The notes beneath the pieces were generated by a model, which was given only the letters and a program-made list of their open reading frames with translations, did no database searches and had not been told where the DNA came from. This document shows positions 9,342 through 19,017 of a stretch of 64,000 nucleotides of DNA, in pieces; position 1 is the first letter of the stretch, and every line of letters starts with the position of its first letter. Where the stretch lies: the IMG/VR virus record IMGVR_UViG_3300025778_000009. One strand, 5' to 3'. Both the position numbers and the translations under genes were made by a program. The stretch is from a virus. Its lineage: Duplodnaviria > Heunggongvirae > Uroviricota > Caudoviricetes.

Positions 9342-11381
9342 ATGAAAAATTTTCTAATATCTCTTGCAGTTGTTATTGTTTTAATAGCAATAAAAGTATC
9401 TAATCCACTTCCAGTACAATTATTGGAAATGAAATCGCTTGATTTGCTATTGACAAGTAAACCACAAACAACCAACGAAGATATAGTTATTGTTGAAGTG
9501 TCAGACAAGACTCTCGAAAAACTTGGTCAATGGCCATTAGATAGAAAAGTGTTTGCAGATAAGATTATGCAATTAAGAGAATATGGCGCAGGTCTTATTG
9601 TGATGCCTGTTTTATTTTCTGAACCTGATAGAGCCGGTCATGATAAAGAGTTAGCTGATGCTATTGGAACAGGAGGAGTTATAATTGCTCAAACACCAAC
9701 AAATCAAAACAAAAAACCAGATGCCGTTCGTCGTGGCTTTGCTGCTATTGGTGATAATCCTGCCCCTTATGCTTATAGCTGGAATGGAGCTGTTAGCCCT
9801 ATCAAAATGCTTGCAGATGCCGCAGCAGGGGTCGGCGTTGTTGCTTCCACACCTGAGGTGGACGGCGTTGTACGACGTATGCCAATGGTCGTTAACATAG
9901 ACGGAAATTTATATCCATCATTACCGTTAGAAACAATAAGAGCTGCTACAGATGACCCATCGTTTCAAATTAAAACAGATGATGCTGGGATTGCTGCTGT
10001 TCGCATCCCCAAGTTTAATACTATTAATACTGATAAAAATGGTAGAATATGGATTGATTGGTCTTCCAAGTATAAAACTGTTGATTTCCTGGAAGTAAAG
10101 AAAGAAGATGTAGAAGGTAAGTCTGTTATCATTGGTTTATCTGCATCAGGAATAGGCAATATAATTGCTACACCTCGTGGTGAACAATTTGCACACACCG
10201 TTCAAGCCAATGCTCTTATCTCTGTGTTCAACGGAACAACACCTGTAAGATATTCTTATGCACCAGCATTAGAACTTCTTGCTACAATTCTTTTAACTAC
10301 TCTTATAATATTAGTAATACCTAGAATACCGGTGTTAACTACTATTCCTGTATTAGTTATTTTAACTGGCGGTTTGATATATCTTCCTAAGTATCTTTTT
10401 ACTAGCAATTTAGAACTTTGGGATGTATCATATATTTTATTCTCAACAGTAATTACATACGGTACTGTAATTGCCCAGAGAATGTTAAGTGAGTATTTAC
10501 AGAAATTACAAATTAAAAAGCAATTTGGTACTTACTTATCTCCTGCAATGGTAGAAAAGTTACAAAAGAATCCTGAGTTGCTTCAACTCGGAGGAGAGTC
10601 TCGTGAGCTTTCAATTATGTTTACAGATGTTCGCGGTTTTACTGCTATTAGCGAGCATTACGGAAACGACGTTCAGGGGTTAACTAAAATAATGAATCGC
10701 TACATGACGGCGATGACAGCTTCTATATTAGAAGAAAATGGTACATTAGACAAATATATTGGTGATGCTCAAATGGCATTTTGGAATGCTCCTCTAGATG
10801 ATCCAAATCATGCCAAGCATGCAGTTAAAGCTGCTTTGAAAATGTTAGGAAAGTTAGATGAATTTAATAGAGAAGTTAGTGAAGAAGGTGTACCGCCTTT
10901 TGGCATGGGTCTTGGGATTAACACTGGGACCGTTGTTGTTGGTAACATGGGCAGCACTCAGCGTTTTGACTATACTTGTCTTGGGGATAGTGTCAATCTT
11001 GCTTCAAGACTAGAAGGTCAGTCAAAGAACTACGGTGTTCTATTAATCCTAGGACCTGAAACAGCTAAACAAGTTCAGGATGAATACAGAGTAATTCAAT
11101 TAGATACAATTGCTGTTAAGGGTAAGAAAGAAGGTGTAGATATCTATACTGTTCTAAATAATGCCGATTGGGCAAAGAGTCAAGTCATAACTCATAATAA
11201 ATTTTTAGAAATATATCGATCAGGTGATTGGGATCGTGCTATTTCATATGCAACAGATCTTAGAAGATGTTTTAATAAAAAACTAGATCATTATTATGAA
11301 TTAATGATCGAGCGTATTGAAGATTATAAGATTAATCCACCCAAGAACTGGGATGGTGTTTACAGAGCAACGAGTAAGTAA
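9342..11381 (+). CDS. CHASE2-domain class III adenylate/guanylate cyclase
   Basis: GQWPLDR, DGVVRR; TM helices; MFTDVRGFT, DKYIGDA, GDSVNLASRLEG. Confidence 0.9.
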   Translation: MKNFLISLAVVIVLIAIKVSNPLPVQLLEMKSLDLLLTSKPQTTNEDIVIVEVSDKTLEKLGQWPLDRKVFADKIMQLREYGAGLIVMPVLFSEPDRAGHDKELADAIGTGGVIIAQTPTNQNKKPDAVRRGFAAIGDNPAPYAYSWNGAVSPIKMLADAAAGVGVVASTPEVDGVVRRMPMVVNIDGNLYPSLPLETIRAATDDPSFQIKTDDAGIAAVRIPKFNTINTDKNGRIWIDWSSKYKTVDFLEVKKEDVEGKSVIIGLSASGIGNIIATPRGEQFAHTVQANALISVFNGTTPVRYSYAPALELLATILLTTLIILVIPRIPVLTTIPVLVILTGGLIYLPKYLFTSNLELWDVSYILFSTVITYGTVIAQRMLSEYLQKLQIKKQFGTYLSPAMVEKLQKNPELLQLGGESRELSIMFTDVRGFTAISEHYGNDVQGLTKIMNRYMTAMTASILEENGTLDKYIGDAQMAFWNAPLDDPNHAKHAVKAALKMLGKLDEFNREVSEEGVPPFGMGLGINTGTVVVGNMGSTQRFDYTCLGDSVNLASRLEGQSKNYGVLLILGPETAKQVQDEYRVIQLDTIAVKGKKEGVDIYTVLNNADWAKSQVITHNKFLEIYRSGDWDRAISYATDLRRCFNKKLDHYYELMIERIEDYKINPPKNWDGVYRATSK

Positions 11382-11669
11382 TTATACTTCGTTGTCATCG
11401 TTCATTTGAATGTGTCTAATTTGTTCTAAATGTTTACTGCGCAGTAGCAGAACTACATTTAATTTTTGATTTAATCTTATCAAATCATTATCCAACATTC
11501 TGATACGGTCAATAAGAGCAATTAAAACAGAGTTTGCATCTGATAGCACAGGCTTAATTTCTACAGTGGCCCATTGATACACATACCAAACAATATATCC
11601 AATACCGCAAGCTGCAATAATTGGAAATCCATATTGATTTACTGCATTAGCTACTGCTGTTAGATCCAT
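11382..11669 (-). CDS. Small membrane protein (YvrJ-like), paralogue of 12448-12726
   Basis: YGFPIIAA TM; LIDRIRMLDNDLIR. Confidence 0.55.
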   Translation of the reverse strand: MDLTAVANAVNQYGFPIIAACGIGYIVWYVYQWATVEIKPVLSDANSVLIALIDRIRMLDNDLIRLNQKLNVVLLLRSKHLEQIRHIQMNDDNEV

Positions 11670-11808
11670 TTTTTATTTTCTCATTAGTTTCAATATAAAA
11701 TTTTAAATTTGTGGACAGGAAAGTCATGAAAACTAACCTGCCCCTTAGATATACAGAATACTGTTTTTTGCCACTATACAATCGTCTAGCAACAATTTCA
11801 TACATTTA

Positions 11809-12360
11809 TTACAATGGTAGGAAATACCATATTCCGTTGCTTAGAAGTAAAATACCAATTAAGCCTATACCAACACTAGCCCATAGCATTTCCATAGAGA
11901 CCGCTAGAATAGCAGTAGAACTTAATACGATTGCAATTTGTAATAAAGCACTGGCAAAACTAAAATATGGACTTCGTGCTTTGGCATTATCTCTTTCAAT
12001 TTCTAATTCTTTGGCTTTGGCTAATAATTCTTTTTTACCTTCGCCAGTCTTAGGATCACTTTCGTAGCGATCTACTTTTGCTTTAAGATCTTCTACTTGT
12101 TTATCATTCTTACGAGCAACTGCTTCGTCTAATTGATATTCAGCTAAACTTTGCTTTATACTTTTTGCTTGATAAAAATTATAGGTATCATTAATTTTGA
12201 TTGTATTATTTAATACCTTACCGCTGATACCATTTCCAATTAATGTGCAAATAGCTAGTAGAGCAGCATAGATTGAAATAGTAATGGCACCTCGGCCTTT
12301 CATTACAGCTTCACCTTCACTGCGACTTAATACTTTACCATTTTTATCTTTTAAAACCAT
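11809..12360 (-). CDS. DUF4337-like membrane protein
   Basis: YNFYQAKSIKQ...LLQIAIVLSS. Confidence 0.7.
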   Translation of the reverse strand: MVLKDKNGKVLSRSEGEAVMKGRGAITISIYAALLAICTLIGNGISGKVLNNTIKINDTYNFYQAKSIKQSLAEYQLDEAVARKNDKQVEDLKAKVDRYESDPKTGEGKKELLAKAKELEIERDNAKARSPYFSFASALLQIAIVLSSTAILAVSMEMLWASVGIGLIGILLLSNGIWYFLPL

Positions 12361-12447
12361 TTTGTTTCCCCCAAAAAATATCTATAGTAATATAAGTCAT
12401 AATTATAGAATAAATTATTGCTACTATACCGATAAAATTATTCATCA

Positions 12448-12726
12448 TTAATCTCTCCTTGCATCATTTTTACCGTCTGCTCTGGCAATACGGTCAATAT
12501 CAGGTCTAAGACCTAATGCATCGCTCATAAGAGTATCAATTCTAATTAGATCATGATTCATTGTTTTTACACGGTTGTCTAAAGCAGTAATAATGCCTGC
12601 CATTCCTTTTACGGAACTCATAACGCCCGCTAAAATAAATTTAATTGTTAAAAATATAAAATAACCACCGACTAAAGAAGCAGCAATTGGGAACCCAACT
12701 TGCCCAATCAACTTTAAAATATCCAT
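12448..12726 (-). CDS. Small membrane protein (YvrJ-like)
   Basis: VGFPIAAS TM; LDNRVKTMNHDLIR. Confidence 0.55.
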   Translation of the reverse strand: MDILKLIGQVGFPIAASLVGGYFIFLTIKFILAGVMSSVKGMAGIITALDNRVKTMNHDLIRIDTLMSDALGLRPDIDRIARADGKNDARRD

Positions 12727-12757
12727 TATCTACCTACCATTTTTTTAGACCAAATCA

Positions 12758-13627
12758 TTAAATATTTAATTGTTGTCTAATAGTTGATACCGGCATATTT
12801 ATAATTTTAAGCATTTTTCTTTGTTTTAAAAAATTTTCAATTATCTCTCTTTCAAGCGTTATAAGTTTAAACCCGTTAAATTTGCGTCTTTTTTCCATAT
12901 CAGGGAAAATAGAATGATATAATAATATCTTTTCTAAACTATAAGCATCAAACATAGTTTTTACTTTATGTGCTTCAGTAAAATAGCTGGTATTTGATGT
13001 TAACAATTTAATTAATTCATTTTCAAGATATGATGCAATTAATTCAGGGTTTGTTTGAAAAAAATATGGAAAATGTAATGTTTTGTTATTTTCTATCCAT
13101 TTGCAAGGTACTAAAATATCTTTAGGATATCTCACACAAGTTGTACCTTTAATATTTTGAAACATTAAATTACCTGAACCTAATACTGCACATCCTTTCA
13201 TTTTTTCTATATTTTCTAATAAAAACAATTGAAGGTATCTAAAAATATTATTAGCAGAATATCCTTGCTCTAAATATTCAAATACCTTATCTTGAAAGAG
13301 ATATTTTGATTCAACTTCTACAATAATATGTTTTATGTTATATTTTTTAGTAAAATTAGTACAGTAGATTAAGTCATGCTCATTTTCTTTGTTTTCGTAT
13401 CTTACTGAAAACGCAGTAAAATCTACTCCCGCTTCTAAAAAAATTCTTGCGATAAATTCTCCATCAATACCTCCACTCATTGCTACGAATATAGGTCTTG
13501 TTGTTTGAGATCTAATATACCGAGCGGTATTAATTGCTTCATTTTTAAATGAATCAAATTTTCGATTTATTTTATTGAAATTTATTAAATAAGGTTCATC
13601 ATTGTATTGGAAAGCCACATTATTCAT
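12758..13627 (-). CDS. PP-loop (adenine nucleotide alpha-hydrolase-like) protein
   Basis: VAMSGGIDG motif. Confidence 0.6.
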   Translation of the reverse strand: MNNVAFQYNDEPYLINFNKINRKFDSFKNEAINTARYIRSQTTRPIFVAMSGGIDGEFIARIFLEAGVDFTAFSVRYENKENEHDLIYCTNFTKKYNIKHIIVEVESKYLFQDKVFEYLEQGYSANNIFRYLQLFLLENIEKMKGCAVLGSGNLMFQNIKGTTCVRYPKDILVPCKWIENNKTLHFPYFFQTNPELIASYLENELIKLLTSNTSYFTEAHKVKTMFDAYSLEKILLYHSIFPDMEKRRKFNGFKLITLEREIIENFLKQRKMLKIINMPVSTIRQQLNI

Positions 13628-13737
13628 ATTAAACTCACTAATAATAAAAAAATAATAGAATACCCTTGATTTTAAATAGGTATTCTATTATATATATGTA
13701 TGTAGATGCCTTATGGATCTACATTTTATTACATTCA

Positions 13738-13756
13738 ACCTTGCTTAATAGGAGGT
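13738..13756 (+). promoter_or_regulatory. ROSE-like RNA thermometer
   Basis: ACCTT(G)CT-taat-AGGAGGT: SD paired to UUGCU with a bulged G upstream of hsp20. Confidence 0.6.
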
Positions 13757-13760
13757 CTAC

Positions 13761-14300
13761 ATGACTACATTTGATATCGCAAAGATATTTGATATTGCAA
13801 CTATGGATAAATTTTTCGTTGGATATGAACCAATGATGAAGAGAATGGAAGAGGCGCATGCTGCTCTTTCAAAGTCAATTCCAAACTATCCGCCATATAA
13901 TATTGTTAAAGTTGACGAGAACAAGTATGTAATCGAAATGGCAGTTGCTGGTTTCGGTAAACAAAATCTTGACATTGAGATCCAAGACGGAACTCTCATT
14001 GTTTCAGGAAACTCACAGCTTGCTGATATGTATGATGAAGGTATTAATAATACATATCTCTATAAAGGAATTGCAGATCGCAATTTCACTCGTAAGTTCT
14101 CTATTGCCGATACTGTGGAAATTAAAAATGCTGACTTGATTAATGGTATGCTAAAGATTTGGCTTGAGAATATCATTCCTGACTCTAAGAAACCAAAGAA
14201 GATCGAGATTAATGATCCTACAGCAGATACCACTGTTAATGCTGCTCCTGTAAAAGGATCAAAGAAGCAACTTCTTACAGAAAATAAAAAAGAGGACTAA
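13761..14300 (+). CDS. hsp20: Small heat-shock protein Hsp20 (IbpA-like)
   Basis: NYPPYNI...EMAVAGF...YKGIADRNFTRKF...NGMLKI. Confidence 0.95.
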   Translation: MTTFDIAKIFDIATMDKFFVGYEPMMKRMEEAHAALSKSIPNYPPYNIVKVDENKYVIEMAVAGFGKQNLDIEIQDGTLIVSGNSQLADMYDEGINNTYLYKGIADRNFTRKFSIADTVEIKNADLINGMLKIWLENIIPDSKKPKKIEINDPTADTTVNAAPVKGSKKQLLTENKKED

Positions 14301-14302
14301 AA

Positions 14303-14479
14303 ATGTTTACCTTTAAAAAAATAGCTCGCTGGTATAAAGCCAGAGCGAGACAGCAAAGAACTGTTCGTGAATTAAGTTCATTGAATAACAGAGAGTTGGC
14401 TGATATTGGTCTTTCAAGATCAGACATTCATAGAGTGGCTAAAGATATTAGTTCTGCTAGATCATGGAGTATCCTATAA
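14303..14479 (+). CDS. DUF1127 small protein (58 aa, not in ORF track)
   Basis: RTVRELSSLNNRELADIGLSRSDI; SD GAGG. Confidence 0.8.
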   Translation: MFTFKKIARWYKARARQQRTVRELSSLNNRELADIGLSRSDIHRVAKDISSARSWSIL

Positions 14480-14661
14480 TGGTTACTGCAGTTTCTCATT
14501 TAGTAGATGCTATCTCTTCATTTTTTAATTTTGTAACAGAAACTGAAGAGCAAAAGTATCGTCGTAATATGGTTAATTTTCTTAACCAAGCAACCGACCG
14601 TCACCATTTAGAATTTCTCGAAAGAGAATGGGAAAGAGTGAATGGAAGGAGATATTGGTAA
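14464..14661 (+). CDS. DUF3563-like small protein
   Basis: FLNQATDRHHLEFLEREWER. Confidence 0.55.
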   Translation: MEYPIMVTAVSHLVDAISSFFNFVTETEEQKYRRNMVNFLNQATDRHHLEFLEREWERVNGRRYW

Positions 14662-14719
14662 GATGTGGCCATATACTGACGATGAACTTATCATAATCAA
14701 CGAAGGTTGTAAGTAATTG

Positions 14720-14742
14720 AAGGGGCTACGGCCCCTTCTTCT
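14720..14742 (+). terminator. Hairpin terminator
   Basis: GAAGGGGC-tacg-GCCCCTTC-TTCT. Confidence 0.6.
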
Positions 14743-14754
14743 ATAAATAAACAT

Positions 14755-14946
14755 ATGAAAACATTCAGTCAATTCTTAGAAAATTTTATGGATGGTAAAC
14801 ACCCGGAACATAAGGGTGATATGGCTCGCTACCATCTTAAAGGTAAGTCAGCCACTCAATTAAAAAAAGTGCGTTCATCTAAAACTGCTTCACCAAGAGC
14901 AAAACAACTTGCTCATTGGTTCCTAAACATGCATAAAAAACATTGA
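14755..14946 (+). CDS. Small late protein, possibly internal head protein
   Basis: MKTFSQFLE resembles the T4 capsid-targeting N-terminus; TATAAATA 14742. Confidence 0.5.
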   Translation: MKTFSQFLENFMDGKHPEHKGDMARYHLKGKSATQLKKVRSSKTASPRAKQLAHWFLNMHKKH

Positions 14947-14972
14947 TTTAGTTTATAAACTTTCATACAATA

Positions 14973-15293
14973 TTGAGTATGAACAAATACAACCGTGCCA
15001 TTATACGAAAACAAGTCTTAGAATATGCTCCTAAGATGCAACCTTTACTGCCTCCATTAGACGCTCATCCTAATGGTCGTGGAGCAATACCTCACATGTA
15101 TAGTGTTCTAGATGGTGTATTTGGTTGTTCAATTTCAGAAGTAAGAGATAGTCGATTAGACGATGCTCTTGCAATTTTAAAATATACAATGGATAATGCT
15201 ACTAAGATGCGTATTATGGCGCCTCTTCGTGAAATGTATGCTCCTGAACCTGAACCGATAAAACCTTCAACATTGGATAATTTCTTTGAGTAA
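14973..15293 (+). CDS. Hypothetical protein
   Basis: Ends STLDNFFE, a clamp-binding-like peptide. Confidence 0.55.
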   Translation: MSMNKYNRAIIRKQVLEYAPKMQPLLPPLDAHPNGRGAIPHMYSVLDGVFGCSISEVRDSRLDDALAILKYTMDNATKMRIMAPLREMYAPEPEPIKPSTLDNFFE

Positions 15294-17808
15294 ATTTTAT
15301 ACTTCAGTCGCACTACACCGCAACGATATTCTTTTACGTGGTTATGAAAATGGTCAGCGTGTACAATATACCATACCATGTAAACCATACCTATTCGTTC
15401 ATTCTAAAAATCCTAATTCAATTTACCGTAACCTTAAAGGTAAACAGGTAGATAAGGTTGAATTTGACTCACCATCAGCTGCGCGTGATTTTATTAAACG
15501 CTATACTAATGTCGAAGGATTTAATTATTACGGGTTTACTAATTTTGTATATCCTTTTATAAACGACTACTATACAGGTGAAATTGATTACGATCCTAAG
15601 GTTGTATCAAAAATTAATATCGATATCGAAGTTGCAGCTGATCAAGGGTTCCCTGATATTCAGACTGCAGATAAAGAAATTACTGCTATTACGATGAAGA
15701 AGAACGATATCTATATCGTGCTTGGATGTGGTGAGTTTACTACTGATAATGAAAAAGTAAAATATATTAAGTGTAAAGATGAGTATGAGCTTCTTATGAA
15801 GTTCTTAGATGTGTGGCGTAGTAAGTGGTTCTCACCAGATATTATTACTGGATGGAACGTTGAGTTCTTCGATATTCCCTACATTGTTAATCGTATTAAA
15901 AGAGTATTAGGTGACTCCTGGGCAAAGAAACTCTCGCCATGGGAAATATTAGAAGAGCGTACTGTTACTATTGCAGGTCGTGATAATCAGGTATACGTAC
16001 CGGTTGGTATTGCTATCCTTGACTATATGCAGATGTATAGAAAGTTTACCTTTACTATGCAAGAGTCATATCGACTTGATCATATTGCTAATATCGAATT
16101 AGGTGAACGTAAGCTTGACTACTCTGATTATGAAGGTCTGTTTGATCTTTATAAGAAAAACTATCAGCTATTCATTGAGTATAATATCAAGGACGTTGAT
16201 CTTGTTGATCGTTTAGATGAAAAGCTTAAACTTATTGAACAGGTGTTTGCTATTGCATACGATGCCAAGGTTAACTATAACGATACATTTACTTCTGTGC
16301 GTATGTGGGATGTGATTATCCATAACTACCTTTTAAGTCAAAATATTGTAGTACCTCAGTTAAAGATTACTGAGAAGGAAAGACAGATTATTGGTGCATA
16401 TGTTAAAGACCCTAAAGTAGGTATGCATAAATGGGTTGTATCCTTTGATTTGAATTCGCTTTACCCGCACCTTATGATGCAGTATAATATTTCACCAGAA
16501 ACTTATGTGGGTCATATTTCTGCTATTAATGGTGATGATGGTGTTCAAAAAATATTGGATGGTTATCTCAATGAGCCCTCTGTACGCAATCAGCTTGTTT
16601 CTTCCAGCGTCACTTGTGCCGCTTCTGGCTGTATGTTTGATAAAGATTATCAAGGCTTCCTTCCTAAATTAATGCAGAAGATGTATGACGACCGTGTTGT
16701 ATATAAAACACGAATGATTGAAGCTAAAAAAGAGCATGAAGTAAAACCTTCTGAGGCAACCGAAAAAGCAATTGCACAAAATCATAATATGCAACTTGCA
16801 AAGAAGATTCAGCTTAACTCAGCATATGGTGCACTATCTAACGCTTACTTCCGTTGGTTTGATAATAAGCTTGCAGAATCAATTACTCTTTCTGGTCAGC
16901 TCTCTATTAAATGGATGGAAAGAGAAATTAATAAGTATTTGAATAAACTCTTTAAGACCAAGGAAATTGATTATGTCATTGCATGCGATACGGATTCTAT
17001 GTATATTACGCTTGACAACCTGGTCACTCAAAGCGGTGTTGAAGGTATGTCAACAGAAGAGATCGTCAAGCTCCTTGACCACTTCTGTGAGCATCGGATT
17101 GAACCTTATATTGATAAGTGTTATGGGGATCTTGCTGAGTATGTTAATGCCTATCAACAAAAAATGAAGATGAAGCGAGAAGCAATCGCTAATAAAGGTA
17201 TTTGGACTGCAAAGAAGCGTTATATCCTTAACGTGTGGAATAACGAAGGTGTTCAATACTCTGAACCTAAACTTAAAATGATGGGTATTGAAGCTGTGCG
17301 TTCCTCTACACCAGCTGCTTGTCGTTCAAGTATTAAAAAAGCAATCAATATTATTATGAACAGTACTGAAGATGAAACGATTGAGTTTATTCAAAAGTTT
17401 CGTATTGAGTTTGGTCAGCTGCCTTTCGAAGATGTTGCTTTCCCTAGAGGTTGTAAAGGGCTATCAGAGTATTCTGATCTTAATAGCATTTATAGAAAAG
17501 GCACACCTATCCATGTAAGAGGTGCTCTGCTGTATAATAATATGCTGAAGCAGAAAAAATTAGATCAACGTTTTCCTATAATTAACGAAGGTGATAAGAT
17601 TAAATTTTGTTATATGAAATTGCCTAACCCTACTAGAGAAAATGTTTTTGCATGCCCTGGTACTCTACCAAGACAGCTTGGAATGGACCAATACATAGAT
17701 TACGATACTCAATATGAAAAGTCATTCGTAGAGCCTATTAAAACTATTTTAGATGCTATTGGATGGCGTGTTGAAAAGAAAGCATCTTTAGAAAGCTTTT
17801 TTACATGA
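15286..17808 (+). CDS. 43: Family B DNA polymerase (T4 gp43-like)
   Basis: DIEV exo I, SFDLNSLYP, KIQLNSAYG, DTDS, KKRY, C-terminal SLESFF. Confidence 0.97.
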   Translation: MSKFYTSVALHRNDILLRGYENGQRVQYTIPCKPYLFVHSKNPNSIYRNLKGKQVDKVEFDSPSAARDFIKRYTNVEGFNYYGFTNFVYPFINDYYTGEIDYDPKVVSKINIDIEVAADQGFPDIQTADKEITAITMKKNDIYIVLGCGEFTTDNEKVKYIKCKDEYELLMKFLDVWRSKWFSPDIITGWNVEFFDIPYIVNRIKRVLGDSWAKKLSPWEILEERTVTIAGRDNQVYVPVGIAILDYMQMYRKFTFTMQESYRLDHIANIELGERKLDYSDYEGLFDLYKKNYQLFIEYNIKDVDLVDRLDEKLKLIEQVFAIAYDAKVNYNDTFTSVRMWDVIIHNYLLSQNIVVPQLKITEKERQIIGAYVKDPKVGMHKWVVSFDLNSLYPHLMMQYNISPETYVGHISAINGDDGVQKILDGYLNEPSVRNQLVSSSVTCAASGCMFDKDYQGFLPKLMQKMYDDRVVYKTRMIEAKKEHEVKPSEATEKAIAQNHNMQLAKKIQLNSAYGALSNAYFRWFDNKLAESITLSGQLSIKWMEREINKYLNKLFKTKEIDYVIACDTDSMYITLDNLVTQSGVEGMSTEEIVKLLDHFCEHRIEPYIDKCYGDLAEYVNAYQQKMKMKREAIANKGIWTAKKRYILNVWNNEGVQYSEPKLKMMGIEAVRSSTPAACRSSIKKAINIIMNSTEDETIEFIQKFRIEFGQLPFEDVAFPRGCKGLSEYSDLNSIYRKGTPIHVRGALLYNNMLKQKKLDQRFPIINEGDKIKFCYMKLPNPTRENVFACPGTLPRQLGMDQYIDYDTQYEKSFVEPIKTILDAIGWRVEKKASLESFFT

Positions 17809-17912
17809 AAACTAAATGTATACAATGCGGTGAAGAGCGTGACTACATTAACTGTAAAGAAGTAGATTGCCCTCAAGCATTTTGGAACAATGAAAAAAAA
17901 GGAAACTTAAAA

Positions 17913-18194
17913 ATGGCTACTAACAATTCATCATTTGATGATTTTGATTTTGGTTTTTCTGCTGTAACAGAAGAAGAGCTAAAACAACATGAAACGCAAC
18001 AAATCAGTAAACTAACACAAGTTGCGCAAAAATCTTTGTCTTATCAAGATAAATTAGAGTCTATGTATAAAATGATTCTTCCTCTTATTGCTAATCTTTC
18101 TAAAGATCCAGAAAAAGAATATATTCTTTGGCCTGGTCGTGATAAAAAGCTCGCAGAATTTAAAGCTAAACTAGACGCATTGATGAATGGTTAA
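17913..18194 (+). CDS. Conserved T4-like hypothetical protein
   Basis: DDFDFGFSAV...KEYILWPGR. Confidence 0.6.
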   Translation: MATNNSSFDDFDFGFSAVTEEELKQHETQQISKLTQVAQKSLSYQDKLESMYKMILPLIANLSKDPEKEYILWPGRDKKLAEFKAKLDALMNG

Positions 18195-19017
18195 TTACCT
18201 AGTACTACTCACTGCTTTAAGTCTTTCTGGTGTTTCTGCTTATTATTCTATTATAGGACTTACTGCTGTCTTTGCTGGTTCATTTTGGCCTGTTGTTATA
18301 ATGGGAACAACATTGGAGTTTGCCAAAATTATATCTACTTCCTGGCTTTACAGGAATTGGAAGACGTCTCCTTTTTTATTGAAAATTTACCTAACTTTTG
18401 CTATCATTATACTAATGACCATTAGCTCTATGGGTATCTTTGGGTTTCTATCTAAAGCTCACATAGAACAAAATTTACAGATTCAAACAGGTGATGCAGA
18501 TCAAATACAAATTGTTCAGAGTAAAATAGATACGGAACAATCTTTTATAGATGATTTGAATAAACAAATAAGTCAAATAGATACTGCTGTTACTAAATTA
18601 ACAGATAAAGGACAAGCTCAGAGTTCTTTACAAGCAGCAGAAAAACAAAGGAAAGTTCGCGATGATCTCACAAAACAGAAAACGCAGCATGTGGAATCAC
18701 TTTCAGTTCTCAAAACAGAAAAAGTCAAACTTGAATCGAGCGTTAAAAAGACAGAAGCAGAAGTGGGTCCGATCAAGTATATTGCTGCAGCCATATACGG
18801 AACTTCTGGACCTGAGAATCTTGAGTTGGCTGTCAGATGGGTTATTATGCTTCTCGTTAGCGTGTTCGATCCTCTTGCTGTTGTCCTTCTTTTAGCAGCC
18901 AATCATGGTATAAACAATAAGAAAAAATTGTTGCCAGAAATACCAAAAGATAACATACTAGTTATTGATTCAGAAAAAGTTTTACAACCATCCAAAGAAA
19001 GTTTGTTAGGATATATT
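18187..19017 (+). CDS. Membrane/coiled-coil protein, in frame with uvsX (no own stop)
   Basis: TM helices, GIFGFLSKAH, EAEVGPIKYIA, VFDPLAV. Confidence 0.65.
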
